A stretch of DNA of 64,000 bases. Origin: Tubulanus polymorphus. Its lineage: Eukaryota; Animalia; Nemertea. The DNA lies in the NCBI RefSeq assembly GCF_964204645.1, contig NW_027437434.1, positions 1-64,000 on the forward strand. Direction: 5' to 3'. The notes under the pieces are model-generated. The model worked only from the letters and a program-made list of their open reading frames with translations. It did not search any database and had not been told where the DNA came from. The position numbers and the translations under genes are program-made. How positions within the stretch are numbered: the stretch's first letter is position 1; every line of letters starts with the position of its first letter. This document shows, one piece after another, positions 25,134 to 38,632 of this stretch.

Positions 25134-27498
25134 GTAAGTCTGTTTCAAGTACATTTAACAATAAACCAGCTGCACCATCTCTTATGTACGCATGTACTAC
25201 AAAATGCTGACTTCAACTCTTACCATTGTACAATGTGAAACACTGAATTGCGCACAGTTGATTTTTATGGACTTCAACAGGTCAATGGATGCAGAACACT
25301 TCTAGAAATTATCATGCATATTCACGATGGATCATGTAGTAGTGTGTGATATATGTAAAGTGCTTCTGGCGATTGTGTCAATTGATAGATTTTCATAAAA
25401 ACATTTTAGCTCACCGGGACACCTGTTAGGCTTTTTTGGTTTACCTTTTTTAGTGATAGTAGAGTTGGCATTGAGCCAATGATGTATAATCATTGTACAT
25501 TTTTTTATGTGACCATTTGTTCTATTATAATTGATGCGATTGAAGACATGTTAAACAACCGTTGATGATATGGTCAGCTTTGTTAGATTTTATTCAGTAG
25601 TAAAGTATCAAAAACCAATTCAATTCGATACTATTCATCCAAAATACACTCAATCACCCTCATTTTTATTTTGCATTATTAAGAAAAATCATTGAGACGT
25701 ATGAACAAGTAGATTGATCTACATTATTTGTTCCGGTCAACTGCCTGACTGTGTTACTAAACCAATGTTTATTTTGTCAAATATTACCAATAAAGGGCAT
25801 TTTCATGAAAAGCAAATACAACAGGTTGGTTGTATGGCATCTGAAGCTCTTGAAAAAATTTACCTATCCTTCATGACCTTAACCCTTATTTTTGCCTGAC
25901 CTGGGTTTCTAATGACTGGCCCCGCATTTAGCTGTGGGTGGTATTTTTGTTGCCTTAGCTCATCCGTTGGTGGGCAGTCTGTTTTAGAGATTTTTGCACT
26001 GCTCTTCAATCTACAATTTGTTGACTGATTCATTTATAACATTGTATTTGAATTCTGAGTGGTGGAGGATGAAACCAATTGTTTTTGACTTATGATTAGG
26101 GTGGTCATGTGAAATAGGCATTTTATACCTTGTTCCCACTTCAGTTTAGGACTGATATTTTTTAATTAAAAACACAGTACACAGTTTTTACAGTCATTGA
26201 GTAAGCGAAAGTTCAGATAAATTTGCTACAATAGATAGTTCTGGCTACTTTGTATTGTTTTACAGAAGGCCTATATTTGGTTGACTAGTATTGTTTTACA
26301 TTATATTTAGTTGCATGGTGATAAAAGTTGATCACAATAATTTGAATAAGATTTTCTAATGAAAGAAAGCCAAATTTTACATTCGAATATGACTACCTGT
26401 AATGGGGTTACTTGAATTATCAAAATCATAATTTTCCCCTTTCATGACCCACGAATCTCGATGTAGATTTAATAGGAACAGAAAATTCCTTTTTATTCAA
26501 GTAGATTTCACAAGGACAATGAATAGTCACTTGTAAATGGTGCAGATAGGCTATGAAGTAAATATGGTTTTATAATGCCTACACACTTGTCACGGCTCCC
26601 TTTGTTGAGCATATTTTTTGGCTGAGGCCTATATTCTGCACCAAATGCATACGAACTTTGCCCTCGACAAAATGCGTACGCGAAATGCATGTGTTGGCGC
26701 CTTTACCAAGTGAATGACTACATTGCTTGGTGTGAACAGCCATCTTGTAATCTTTGAGCCTGTTGCTCATTCTTAACCTTCATTGTAACTCGATTAAGCT
26801 ACATATCATACTCTGAAATTTTAGTTTAAGTTGAGTTACATGTACTCATCTGTACATCTTGAGTACCAGAAACTTAACAGTAGTCATAGTCATTGTAATT
26901 AAATCAAATTTTGAAGCAGCAGATCATCAGCTAATTCTATTTTAATCTGCCAATAATTTCATTCGTATTAAGCAAAAAACCAAATTCAACTCAATTTAAT
27001 AAAATATAATCCATCGTTGGAAAAAAAAATTGATTTTAAGTATTTGTCATTAAGCAAATTGACATAATTTTTATGAGGATAATAGATAAAGCTACAGCCT
27101 TGCAGTAGGCCCTATGAGACACTTGTTAAAATGATCCAATTTGTATGATTAAGAGACTAATTGAGAGAACAAATATTTTAACAAAGATTATGAAAACAGG
27201 ACCTTGAGAGCACAGGACCGTTGGTCCCCTAGAGTTGATTCATGTGGGTCATAGAATTTCAAGGTGAACTGTATAGAATGATGCCATTTTCACCATAGCT
27301 ACTTGACAAAGCAGATCATTTCACATGGAGATGAATTGCAAGTCTTCCTCGTGAAAAGATTAAAAATTCCAATTCAAATCTGTGGAAATTAGACGGTTGT
27401 TGAAAGTTTAAATTCTAAAATCGTATGTTTTCATGCTGAAAAAGCAGTAAGTAATACTTGTTTTACTTGATTTTGTACCTACTGCCTCTCTTTTTTAA

Positions 27499-28382
27499 CC
27501 CTTTCGCTGCAAACATGGTTTAATTGTGGTGTACTTTGGTCCCAGGGGTGGATCTAGGGTTTAATTAAGGAGGGGCAGCAGGTAAAGTTAGGGCACATTT
27601 TGATGAATGCGGGCACTCTAAGAGTATACTTCGCTCGAGCTTCCAGAAAATTTTCTTAATTTGATGCAATTTAAGAGGTATCTGGGCTTTTCTGGTGGCA
27701 CCTGGGAGCCTTTGCGAATCCTGTATCCTAGACATGTATACGTATTGAATTGCCAAAGATAAGAGTCGAAAAGGAAGAGTGGTCCATCCCCCGGCCCCCC
27801 ATGAAAGTCACCGGAAAACATCAATTATATTATTTTTGAAACACCCAATTACGGATGGTTAGGTTCTGTAAAGTATTTTACCTAAATAAAAAAATTGAAA
27901 AAAAATTTTGAGGGCACCTTGAAATTTTGAGGGGGGAGCGCTCCCCCTGCTCCCCCTTGTATCCGCCCCTAGGTCCCAAGGTAAAAAAAATTAAAGCAAT
28001 TTAAAGAAAACAATTTATATTGATTGGGCCTTACTTATTTGTGATGTTTCCTTGGTAAAAGTAGCTAAAAATATGATTTAAAAAATCCGACCACCACAAG
28101 AATTTGAGAGCATAGTACATTAATTGAGCCATGACCTGGTGCCACCAGCTGGCCAATCATCTGAACCATCTGGCGAAAGTTTTGCCATCTTATTGAAAAA
28201 TTAAGAACTAAGTTGTGTGGTGTGCATACAAGTATGAGTATGTACAACTCAATGTATTGAGTTGTAACGATGTTCGATGACTAAGGGGTGCTAGACAATA
28301 CTTATCGTCGAGCTGAGTTTGTCATACGTACATTAAATGTCAATTTTATGCGGAGCCCAGCTTGCCATGCGCGGCGAAAGGA
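27499..28382. mobile_element. piggyBac-type non-autonomous element
   Basis: TTAA|CCCTTTCGCTGC ... GCGGCGAAAGGA|TTAA. Confidence 0.75.
27543..27971. mobile_element. hAT-like MITE with 5-bp TSD, nested in the piggyBac element
   Basis: CAGGGGTGGAT ... ATCCGCCCCTA termini; GGTCC on both sides. Confidence 0.65.
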
Positions 28383-28439
28383 TTAATATTGCCGGTGCTA
28401 CCTTTAGAATTAGGTAATAGTAGGTGTCTTTCAAAAAGA

Positions 28440-28882
28440 AAAGAAAAATATATTTCATCACTACCACAGAGTTGAAGTAGATTTAGATGTTCCAACCATA
28501 AATTACCAATAGAGACTGGTAGATATGAAAACAAACCACGGAACGAACGAGTTTGTAATAAATGTAATCTGAATACTATTGGGGACGAATATCATTTTAT
28601 ACTGAAGTGCGAATTTTTATTTAGAATTAGAATTTTGTATATACCTAACAGATATAAAATTGGCGCAAATCATTATACATTCATCCACTTGCTCAATAAT
28701 GAAAACTCGTATTACAGTCTATCTAAATACATTACGAACGACTGTTACACGGTTGTTATAGCTAGGGCTATTAATTGTACACATTTGCCAGCTTCAATAT
28801 TCATATTGATACTATTTTGTTATGCTCGGAAAAATTGTATATCTTTTTAGAGCTATAAGATAAACTTGAAACTTGAACTTTA
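28440..28882 (+). mobile_element. non-LTR retrotransposon 3' fragment (RTE-X-like C-terminal zinc knuckle)
   Basis: FRCSNHKLPIETGRYENKPRNERVCNKCNLNTIGDEYHFILKC followed by an (AAACTTG)n-type tail at about 28862-28880. Confidence 0.75.
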
Positions 28883-28994
28883 AAACTTTTCACTCGCTCT
28901 TTATTTCCGAAGTCCCTTAATCGGCTTCCTATATATTATGTAATTCTATACATTATGTAACTATGTCATGTTTTTCATAATTTTCCACCAATAG

Positions 28995-29236
28995 ATGGCG
29001 TAGTGTTAGTCGATCCGGAGTATTTGAAAGATCGTAAAGTCTTTGCACATATACTGGCCGCATTTCGGTACGGTCGCGAGGATCTTGACGTACTTGGATT
29101 AACGTTCCGTAAGGATCTGTTTCTTGCATCGGTGCAGGTTTATCCTCCAATCAAAGAACAACAAAAACCGCTGACCCGTCTGCAGGAACGACTTATTAAA
29201 AAATTAGGACCAAATGCGTACCCATTTTTCTTTGAT
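28995..29236 (+). CDS. ARRB: beta-arrestin coding exon (242 bp), [42 protein letters not shown]...[22 protein letters not shown]
   Basis: Contains the finger loop [19 protein letters not shown] and [13 protein letters not shown]; AG/GT sites; phase 1 to 0; overlaps ORF 29003..29347. Confidence 0.97.
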
Positions 29237-29786
29237 GTAAGTGTGATTTTAATTCAGTTGATCTTTTGCAATATATCTAATAGTTATGATGCTCTTGCAG
29301 TTGCCAGTAGCACTATGAGACATGTCATTATTCCTGGGCAATCGTAGTTGCCATTATGGCATTCTTAGTTTATGAAATTTCAAGTTCAGAAATATCATAT
29401 AGTTTCAGTGCTGTAATGGTTCCCCCTATGAGATATTGTTCCAGTGCTTAATCAGTATTTCTGTTGTTTCAGTTTCAGTTGCTAGAGATATCAGTCGAGT
29501 GCGAGTTACCACTTAAAAGTTCTAGTGCTTTATTACTTACAACTGAAATAACTCATTTTTCCAGTTGTTATTAGGCCTATGAGACATTTCATAGATGCAG
29601 TGCTATGCTAGCTCCCACTGAGATTTTTCAGAATTCCAGTGCTGAAACTATGAGATATCGTAGTGCAAGTGCTTTTCCAGAGGCCACTATGATGGTATCC
29701 TCCACTTAAGAGCTTTTCATCTCATTTCCCTATTGGTCGATATGATAATTATGAAAGAAATGAATACAATCTTAATATTCTTTCAG

Positions 29787-29846
29787 TTACCTCCAAATGC
29801 GCCAGCATCTGTGACATTACAGCCTGCACCTGGTGATACTGGCAAG
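29787..29846 (+). CDS. ARRB: beta-arrestin coding exon (60 bp), LPPNAPASVTLQPAPGDTGK
   Basis: tttcAG|TTA...AAG|GTatag; SVTLQP motif; phase 0 to 0. Confidence 0.95.
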
Positions 29847-30092
29847 GTATAGTAAGACCTTCATTGTTGAATAAAGATTCTAACCAAACCCTGCTCATAG
29901 GAGGCATAAACATTCCAAGTAACAGGTGCAAAACTCTGTCTGTCAATTGACTACAACTGGAAGTATCTTATCATTTATGGGCTCGAAGTTTTGTAATCTT
30001 TAAAACATGAAAAAGACTATGAACACTGCATTTTTTAAAATAAAAGGTAAGCTGATAGTACTCAGAAGGATTTTTTCATCCATTTTTTTCAG

Positions 30093-30160
30093 CCATGCGG
30101 AGTTGATTATGAGTTGAAAACCTTTGTCGGAGAAAGCATTGATGAAAAGCCACATAAAAG
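30093..30160 (+). CDS. ARRB: beta-arrestin coding exon (68 bp), PCGVDYELKTFVGESIDEKPHK(R)
   Basis: ttttcAG|CCA...AG|GTaaat; CGVDYE and KPHKR motifs; phase 0 to 2. Confidence 0.95.
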
Positions 30161-30209
30161 GTAAATCAGACTCAGATACGCCAGTCATAACATACAGAGG
30201 TTTGTACCT

Positions 30210-30367
30210 GGGGTCATTCATTTGTTACGTACGGATAAAATTTGAATTTTTCAACCCCCCCTCCCCCTCTGTACGCAAAATCTGCCTTTTTCATGTACAT
30301 TAAACATACGCAATTGCACTGACCCCTCCCACTCCTCTAATGCGTACATAATAAAGGAACGACCCCC
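30210..30367. mobile_element. about 157-bp MITE, second copy
   Basis: GGGGTCATTCATTTGTTACGTACG ... GAACGACCCC; colinear with 16968-17125. Confidence 0.65.
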
Positions 30368-30655
30368 TACTTCTCAAAAGCAGCAAAGAACATTATTTTC
30401 TTCCCACTCCCACTCACTATGTGATACTCAACCATATGGAGATGACTAGGTGAATAAAAGAAGCTGACCTTATAGTAGTGTTTTGGATGGGCTTATGCTC
30501 GAATAGTTAATTGATTCTTAGGTTGCACGGAGGTGTTAGTTATGTTTTGTCTATATTCTCATTATTTCCAAGATGTTGAAGCCCCAACTGTTACTTCTTC
30601 CATAAAAACCTCACAACCTCACAGAACCTCTGTGTATCAGTAATCTTCTCAACGA

Positions 30656-32009
30656 CAGGGTTCGATTTAAGCCCTGGCGAGGCCAGTGAATTTCCTATCA
30701 GGCCAGTAGATTCTTTATTGCTAGAAGTCCGTCAGGCCAGTGGATATTTCAGCTACAACTGTATGTGTAATTTCATCTTTGTGCAAACATGTGTTTATCC
30801 GTGTCTTGTTGTGTGTTTTCCATTGTGCATTCCCCCAGTCCGCTCTCAGTATACAGTCCGATTATAGCTTTGTGTTTGCTTCATTGAATGAACGAAGTTT
30901 ATTTAGACACAAAAGACCAGTACAGAGGTCAAGAGAATACAAATATATGCAAATATAAATCATTAATAATGTTCAGTAATGTGTCAAGGATTCATTCCAA
31001 GCCAAACAAGTCTGTACTCAGAGAGGGGATGAACACTGAAAACTAATGAATATGACAATAGATTATGATATAAACATATGATAGTTCTGATAAATCAGAT
31101 CCTTACAATATTGATGGTAATGATAATGATAAGAATACTTATAAAGTTAATGATGAAAATGATAATAAATGATAATAATAAGGAGAAAAAAAAATGATAA
31201 TAATAAAATTTAAAAAAAAATGATAATAGAAAAGAAGAAAAAAAATACACAGCACGCAAAATAAAAAAAAACTAAAAAAATGATAATCGTGCACATAATA
31301 ACACTAAAAAAAGAAAAAAAAATGATAATAATAGAATTTAAAAAAAAATGATAATAGAAAAGAAGAAAAAAAATACACAGCACGCAAAATAAAAAAAAAA
31401 TAAAAAAAACTGATAATCGTGCACATAATAACACTAATAGTAATGCTGATAATAACAATAATAAAATTAATGTTAAGGCTAATAATAACACTGGTGAATA
31501 ATAACACTGGTGATAACACTAATAGCAGATAAGGAGACTAATAATTACACTAATAAAGACACTGATGATAATTCTAATAACAAATAATACTACTAATGAT
31601 AACCACACTATAAATATCATTACTTGGAACTGCGTGTAGGGTCCAGGGCATCCCTAGCTGATCAGAATAGAAGGCAGAGTATGGTGATGAGCAACTGAAA
31701 GCGTTTGCCACTAATGGACAAAATTTGAGATGTTGTCAATTTGAGTTTTTAGATCCCAATTAAGTAGAGAAATGCACATTATGAAAACGGGAGTTCCCCT
31801 GGAACGGGTAGTTATCAAAGCAATCTTGGTATACATGTATATCGGATTGAACTCGATCTTTTTATCAATCTGTAGTTTTCCCTCAATCGCCTGTCTCTGT
31901 ATCTACAGCCACTTGAATTAGATAAAAGACAGCAGTATAAAAACTATGGGCCGGTAAAATGATCTGTGGACCAATAATGAATGAAATTTTTTCCTTAAAT
32001 ATAACCCTG
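30656..32009. mobile_element. hAT-like element with about 6-bp TSD
   Basis: CAGGGTTCGATTTAAG vs CAGGGTTATATTTAAG (reverse complement of the right end); flanks CAACGA / CAGCGA. Confidence 0.6.
31100..31620. repeat. A-rich low-complexity tract with a roughly 130-bp tandem duplication
   Basis: TAA/TGA-rich; block at about 31203-31307 repeated at about 31333-31437. Confidence 0.85.
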
Positions 32010-32076
32010 CAGCGATTTGGAAAACATTAGTATACTTACTTATTTTGCCCCACTAACAATAGAAAAATAGTGTAAA

Positions 32077-32962
32077 TTTTTAGGCCAGCCGTAGGCTGAG
32101 CCCATTACTATACAAATGGAGGGAATGTAAATGACATGGTTTCCAGAGCAAAGGCTCTTTTACTGTGCAACTGAGCATATATTCATACAAATCATTCATT
32201 AAAGCATTATCCATTCTCCAAACTCTATGTAGCTGAATTTTGAAAGAGGCCCTCGTTAAGATTTATATGAGCTTTTTAACGAATATCTGATCGCAAAGAT
32301 ATTGGTTTTGAAAAGCCAATCAGAAAGCAAAGACTCCTCTATGATTGACTTAGCCGTTGTGTTCAGGTGAACCCACGGTATCGTCTACCGTTTTACTTCC
32401 GGGTTATATTTTAAGATCTAAAATTGTATTTCAAGATCAATTTCTGTGAAAGCTTTGGTTGATTTGGTTTTTGGGAGGAAAATTTTTATTGGCGCTACGG
32501 AAAATATTATTGACCATTGTTCAAAGTCCGGGAAAAATAGCTCTTTCTTAAATCGGATAGATGAGCTTGATATGCTAATTAGCCATGTGCTCAAACTACA
32601 AATTCAATCAAATTTTGTTCCGCAATAAATATCAAATCCAATTCAATTTTACTTTATTGAACATATAAAAACATCAAATCCAATTCAATTTTGTTTTATT
32701 GAGCAAATTTCAAAAAATTTAATTCTATTCCGCATTAAAATCAATAAGACCAAGGGAAAAGATTTATCTGAGGTATTTGTTCCTGCCAGATCCAGTCGTA
32801 GTCTGTGCTACTTTTGTATTCTACGATTGTATTGTGTAAATTATTAGATATTGACTCTGAGCTGGGAGTGTATTTCGACAAATTTAACCCACAGATGCAT
32901 CATCATTTGCCATTTTATGAAAAGCTGACAGGCTGGCCATAGTGCCCCTTGGGGCTCTAGTT
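32077..32962 (+). mobile_element. HINE-like family H2, copy 3
   Basis: Highly similar to 23698-24596, same termini. Confidence 0.8.
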
Positions 32963-33085
32963 ACTGTATGGTGATGTTGATATCATCACTTCACTTCAGT
33001 TATCAATCAAACTTTTATCAAAACCGGCTTTATTTATTTGTGAAGGTTATGAACGATGCAACAGTATTTGACTATGTGATGTTTA

Positions 33086-33089
<4 letters not shown>

Positions 33090-33172
<83 letters not shown>
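33090..33172. repeat. (TA)n microsatellite, about 41 units
   Basis: Perfect TA run. Confidence 0.98.
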
Positions 33173-33175
<3 letters not shown>

Positions 33176-33323
33176 TTTATTGATGAATGTATTTATGTAT
33201 GAATGATATGTGGCAAGTTTGATTGTATCTCATGATGTAATTTGTGAATAAAATACTTAATCATTTAAAAAACTGTTATTTATATATTTGATTTATTTAA
33301 TGCTATGATTTTGCCATTTTTAG

Positions 33324-33459
33324 GAACTCCGTCCGTTTGGCAATTAGAAAATTAACTTACGCCCCTGAGGAACCAGCACCACAGCCAAGTGCGGAAGCCA
33401 CAAAAGATTTTTTTGGCAGTTCGGGGCATTTACGTTTAGAAGCTAGTCTTGATAAAGAG
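33324..33459 (+). CDS. ARRB: beta-arrestin coding exon (136 bp), [45 protein letters not shown]
   Basis: ttttAG|G AAC...GAG|GTatgt; NSVRLxIRK and LEASLDKE motifs; phase 2 to 0. Confidence 0.96.
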
Positions 33460-34293
33460 GTATGTTATCATATATCATATAATTGCTCTTTCATTTTTGG
33501 GCGTTTCTATTTTTGTGGAAACATCTTTTAGCTCAAGAAGCATTTCGGAATCTTTAGATTTGATATCATCATTACAACGTGGAGTGTTTTTATGAAAGGT
33601 TACAGATACAAATTCTCTGCAGATCCGCAAGAAATCTCAGAAACATGATAGGGGGTTTAGGGTGTTGCCAACCTCCTGGTCTGGTGTGACTGGTTATTGG
33701 GTCGGTCTGGTGCGATTCGTTGTGAAGGTGTTCATAGCAGGTTTACTCATCTCTTCTGTTACATTTCTCGTTATCTACCATCTAAAGTGTCAACTTGCAC
33801 CTGCTTGCAATGTTTTCCTATTAACTCTTTCAGTGCCCATGTGTGGTTTGAGAAAAACCCTCAGAGTGCCCATCATTGTTAACTAAAAAGTAGGAAAATC
33901 AGTAGTAACTTTGGAGATCCATAGAGTGAAAACTGTAAGAGCTTTATGGTAATTGAAAAGTTGATAGGGTATGATCCTTGGAATATTTTGGTGACAACTT
34001 TTCCGACTGAAAGTGACGCCTTATGGAAATGGGCTAATTTGCAGAAATTATAGTTGGTTGCCTATTTATTTGATAACCCCCTAAATTTCAGGTATGAAAA
34101 TGAACAAATCTGGTTTGTAGCCTCAGCTACCAGCTGAAATGGAATAGTTTATGTCTACTGTCCGAAATATAAATCATATGGTTAATTATAATGCGCTTAA
34201 AATGAGCTTATTATTAGATCACGTAACCTCTGGATAGGTGCCCACTATGTCAAACGCAAAAACTTAAATATTAGTGATTCGGTGGTTTTTCAA

Positions 34294-34835
34294 TTTTTAG
34301 GCCAGCCGTAGGCTGAGCCTAATTACTATACAAATGGAGCGAATTTAAATGACATGGTTTCCAGAGCAAAGGCTCTTTTACTGTGCAACTGAGCATATAT
34401 TCATACTTCATTTACTTCAGGGTTTTATTTTAAGATCTAAAATTGTATTTCAAGATCGATTTCTGTGAAAGCTTTAGTTGATTTGGTTTTTGGGAGGAAT
34501 ATTTTTATTAGCACTATTGTGCAAAGTCTGGGAAAAATAGCTTTTTCTTAAATCGGATAGATGACCTTGATATGCTAATTAGCCATGTGCTCAAACTAAA
34601 AATTCAATCAAAAACCAATTCAATTTTGTTTTATTGAGCAAATTTCAGAAAATTCAATTCTATTCTGCATTAAAATCAATAAGACCAAGGGAAAAGATTT
34701 ATCTGAGGTATTTGATACCTCAAATAAACCTCAATATTTGATACCTCAGATAAATTTAACCCACAGAATGCATCATCATTTGCCATTTTATGAAAAGCTG
34801 ACAGGCTGGCCATAGTGCCCCTTGGGGCTCTTGTT
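34294..34835 (+). mobile_element. HINE-like family H2, copy 4 (internally deleted)
   Basis: Same termini, several internal deletions. Confidence 0.8.
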
Positions 34836-35400
34836 TGGGTTAAGGAATATGAATTTGATTTGTTTCAACCAGTTACTTATTCAGGGGCTCAACCTGCACT
34901 GCTTGAGATACTGTTTGTCGATTGAGTTAGTTTTGCTATATCCTAAATCTTACCATTCAAAATATATTAAATGCTGGATGTTCAAAATTGCTCTAAATGC
35001 TTGGACTGAATGCACTTCTTCTAAACTATGAAGTGGAAACTCATTTTTACCTTCATGACGTAGTCATGAAGGTTATAAGATGGTAGTGAGTCGATGACGT
35101 CAATTTCGTGTCGCCACTTATAACTTGTTGGTGGGAGTTCAGAGGAAGATTTGTCAAACGAATAAATACTTCAATCTTATTAATGCAGAGTGTGAAATTT
35201 TGCTTTTTAAAAATATTTCCCTAAATTATTAGAAAATGCCGATAGTAAGACTGTGGGAAAGTTTTTATCGTTGAATGGGCGAATCACGGCGGTATTGTGC
35301 ACCTGTTATAAGGCGGAAATAGTTCCATGTGAAGGCGAAGCTTTTAAATGATTCGACAGTCAGAGGTGGTTTATCAACTTTTTTCAACTATAGTGCTCCA

Positions 35401-37540
35401 TTTTAGCCCACTTGGGACTTTAGTCCCAGCGGGCTATTGCATTCACTTTTCGTCCATCGTCCGTCCGTCGTAGCGTCCATCCGTAGACGGAATCCAATTA
35501 TTTTGAGAAATTTTGAAGACCCTTCAAGGTAATGTCTTCATATTTGGTTTATACGTGTATCTACCCTAGACACATCTTCATCCCAAAAACTGGCCCTTTC
35601 AGAGTCACGATGGCCGACTGGCAGCCATTGTTGTTCGCCAAAATCAGCACTTTTTACACATTTTCGAAGTTTTCGAAGGAAATTTTGAAGACGCTTTGAT
35701 CAATGACCTTGATCTTTAGTTTATATTTGAATTTACCTAGGGCCCATCAGCATGAGAACAATTGGGTCGATCTGACTCAAGATGGCCGTCCTATGACCTT
35801 TTTAGTGCCGAAAAATGTCAATTTTGGCCAGAATTCTAGGTCCTGTAGCTTCATACTGCTTTGCCATTTCTCATTGCAATTTGTGATGGGTATTCTTTGG
35901 AAAGGGATGTTTTATACCTGAGACAGGTATTTTTGATCAGCCAATAATGACTCAATTGGCGGCCATCTTGGTGTCATCAGTACTCATTCGTAGGTGGGAA
36001 AAAGTTTTTCCACATTAAATTGATACCTAAGCATATTGTGTTACTATATTCAATTGGAAAGTTGTAGCCCATAATATGTTCTATGTTTTGGGTGAGTTTC
36101 AAGGTCATTGGTTTTTGTATATGGCCACCAGGGGGTGTTGAGTAATACAATAACTTAGTATTTCTATATTATATTTGTACCTATGCATATTTTGTTACCA
36201 CAATCAATTGCAAAGTTGAAGCTCATGACATCTTCCATGATTTTGGTGAGTTTTAAGGAAATTAGTTATTCTATATGGTCACCAGGGGCATTGAATAGTA
36301 GAATAACTTAGTATTTCGTTATTAGATTGGTACCTAGGCATATTTTGTTACCATGACAGTGCTTCATCTAGCATTAGAAAAGGGTAGGGTGCTGATTTCT
36401 AATAAGGGCATTTAGTAGTACCCCCTGCTACGATTGATGACTAGAAACTATGTTTAACTCTGATTTTGCCATGAGTGACACACTTGACCACAGTACATCC
36501 TTACACCTATGCCTGTCAATGAACAAAAGTTAATCTATAGGGCTTTCAAAATGATTTGGAAAACCAGTTGCAGTCAAAAAAATAGCAGAAACAAGCAATC
36601 TCAAAAAGCAAATGATACAGCGAAAAAGAGCCATCAATAGTGTATAGGCCTACATGAAATTGCATATTTTTAATCTTAGAAATATCAAATTAATTGATTT
36701 AAATTGATAGTGTTAGTGATTGGCAGTTAACTGTTGATAATTGGTAAGCAGCCAGCTTAAGAACACATTATTGCTATTAGGCTGCTCAAACTAATTGTCT
36801 CTGCGAGTCTCTCTGTGAGTTCACCGAACAAAGTTTTTCACCTTGTATATATAAAATTTGTCTAATAGTCTAGATAAAAAGATCCAGAGCATCACGATGT
36901 GTTCAAAACGAACCAATCCATCGAATATTCACTACCAGCTTTACAACGGTAATCGCTAGAATGATTGGCAGTAGTTTGGAAGTCAGCCAATTTCCTGGAA
37001 ACTTAAACTAGGCCACGCGTCTGAGGCACATTTTCACAGGATGCACACTGACTGCAGTACATTTAAATATAACCACTGATCACATGAGCTACTATCGTTG
37101 ATATCATACGAGATATTTCATAGTCATCGCAGAATACTTACTAACAGTCGGATGCAACAGCTTATTTTGAAAGCCCTGACTCATTACTCGTGACTGACAA
37201 GGGCAGGCGGGCGGACCTACGGCAAGTGATAAAGGCACAAGGGCGAGCATGGGACACATCTGAATGGCACAAGGGCGGCTATTTTCGGGGCATATGGTCA
37301 ACAGGGGCATTGAATAGTAGAATAACTTAGTTTTTCCATATTAAATTGGTAACGAGGCATGTTTTGTTATCACAATCAATTACAAAATCATAGCTGCTGA
37401 CATGTTCGATGATTTTGGTGGGTTTCAAGGTCATTGGGTTTTGTATATGGTCACTAGGGGGCGTTATGTATTGAAATTGTTAGATTGTTGAGTGTTTTAA
37501 ACCACTTCCCACGCGGGCATGGTGTCCCTGGACCCCTAGT
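35401..37540 (+). mobile_element. HINE-like family H1 copy (interrupted at about 36357-37290)
   Basis: Same 5' hairpin AGCCCACTTGGGACTTTAGTCCCAGCGGGCT and the same 3' end as the other copies. Confidence 0.8.
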
Positions 37541-38632
37541 GTCCCAATCAACTTGCTAGATTTCGATCGTTTCTCATAAGTCGACACTTGTAATTCAAGT
37601 GTGATTTTGATGTGTGTAGAGATACATTGTGACTAGCGTATTGAATGGCGGCGCCATGTTTAAGTTGCGCGTCGATCGTTGAATAGTGGAATTATAGGGT
37701 GGAATTATCTTAATTGTATCCATACAAAGTTTATTAAAGGTTAGTGTCAACAAATGGTCCATTACAGTCCATCTAATTTATGTGGAGAGACGCTCTTAAC
37801 CGGCAAAACCGTGGTCTGTTTCGTGTATCGTTGGCCTACATGACTGACCTTGCTTGAGCGTTCGCTGCCGGCACGCCGCTTCAAAGTTATGAATAAAGTA
37901 TTATATAACTGATTGTTAATGACATACAACAAATGAACCTTTAAGAAATGTACCTATTGTCTGATATTCTACTGAAAAATTCCGGATTGATCCACCGCAT
38001 AGTTTTTTCATGGTGAGCATTTTAGTATATGAATCAATTAAGATGATTGACAGACGCGGGTGCGGTCGTATCAGCTGTTGAAGACGTTCAATGTAAACAA
38101 TAATTTTAACCACGTGCGCGATGAAAACCGGGACATCAAACTAAAAAGCACTGAATTTTTTAATTACATGTGATTTGAATAGGCATCTGTGCTGGTTTTT
38201 CAAAAAGTCTAATCCTAATTGACTCCTTTTACATAGGCCTAAGCCAGGACCTCTGGAATTGAATTCGACACAGTAATTCGCCTGTAATTTGTGATGAATC
38301 TTTTTCAAAATTAGCATGAAGATTGGGTCTGGCGAGATATCCACCCCTATTCTAAAAAAATGTCATTGGTGATCAAATATGGCTGCCATTGGGGTAGCCA
38401 TCTTGAGTTTCTTGTTTGCACAATGCAGCCCGCATTCTTGATGGATTTCCACAAAATTTGGTGTAAGGATCAGGGTCAAGCTGTCCATGCCTTTTGTATA
38501 TGGAGGTCATCGGCCTTCAAATATGGCCGCCAGGTCAGCCATCTTGAATTTCTAGCACGAAACGGCCTGCAATTCTTAATGCATTTTCAGGATACTAGTT
38601 GTAAGAATTTTGGTAGGTGAAATGTCTACACC

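Noticed and set aside
31210-31519. Hydrophobic ORFs resembling membrane or signal peptides
   Set aside because: Translation of the reverse strand of an A-rich low-complexity tract
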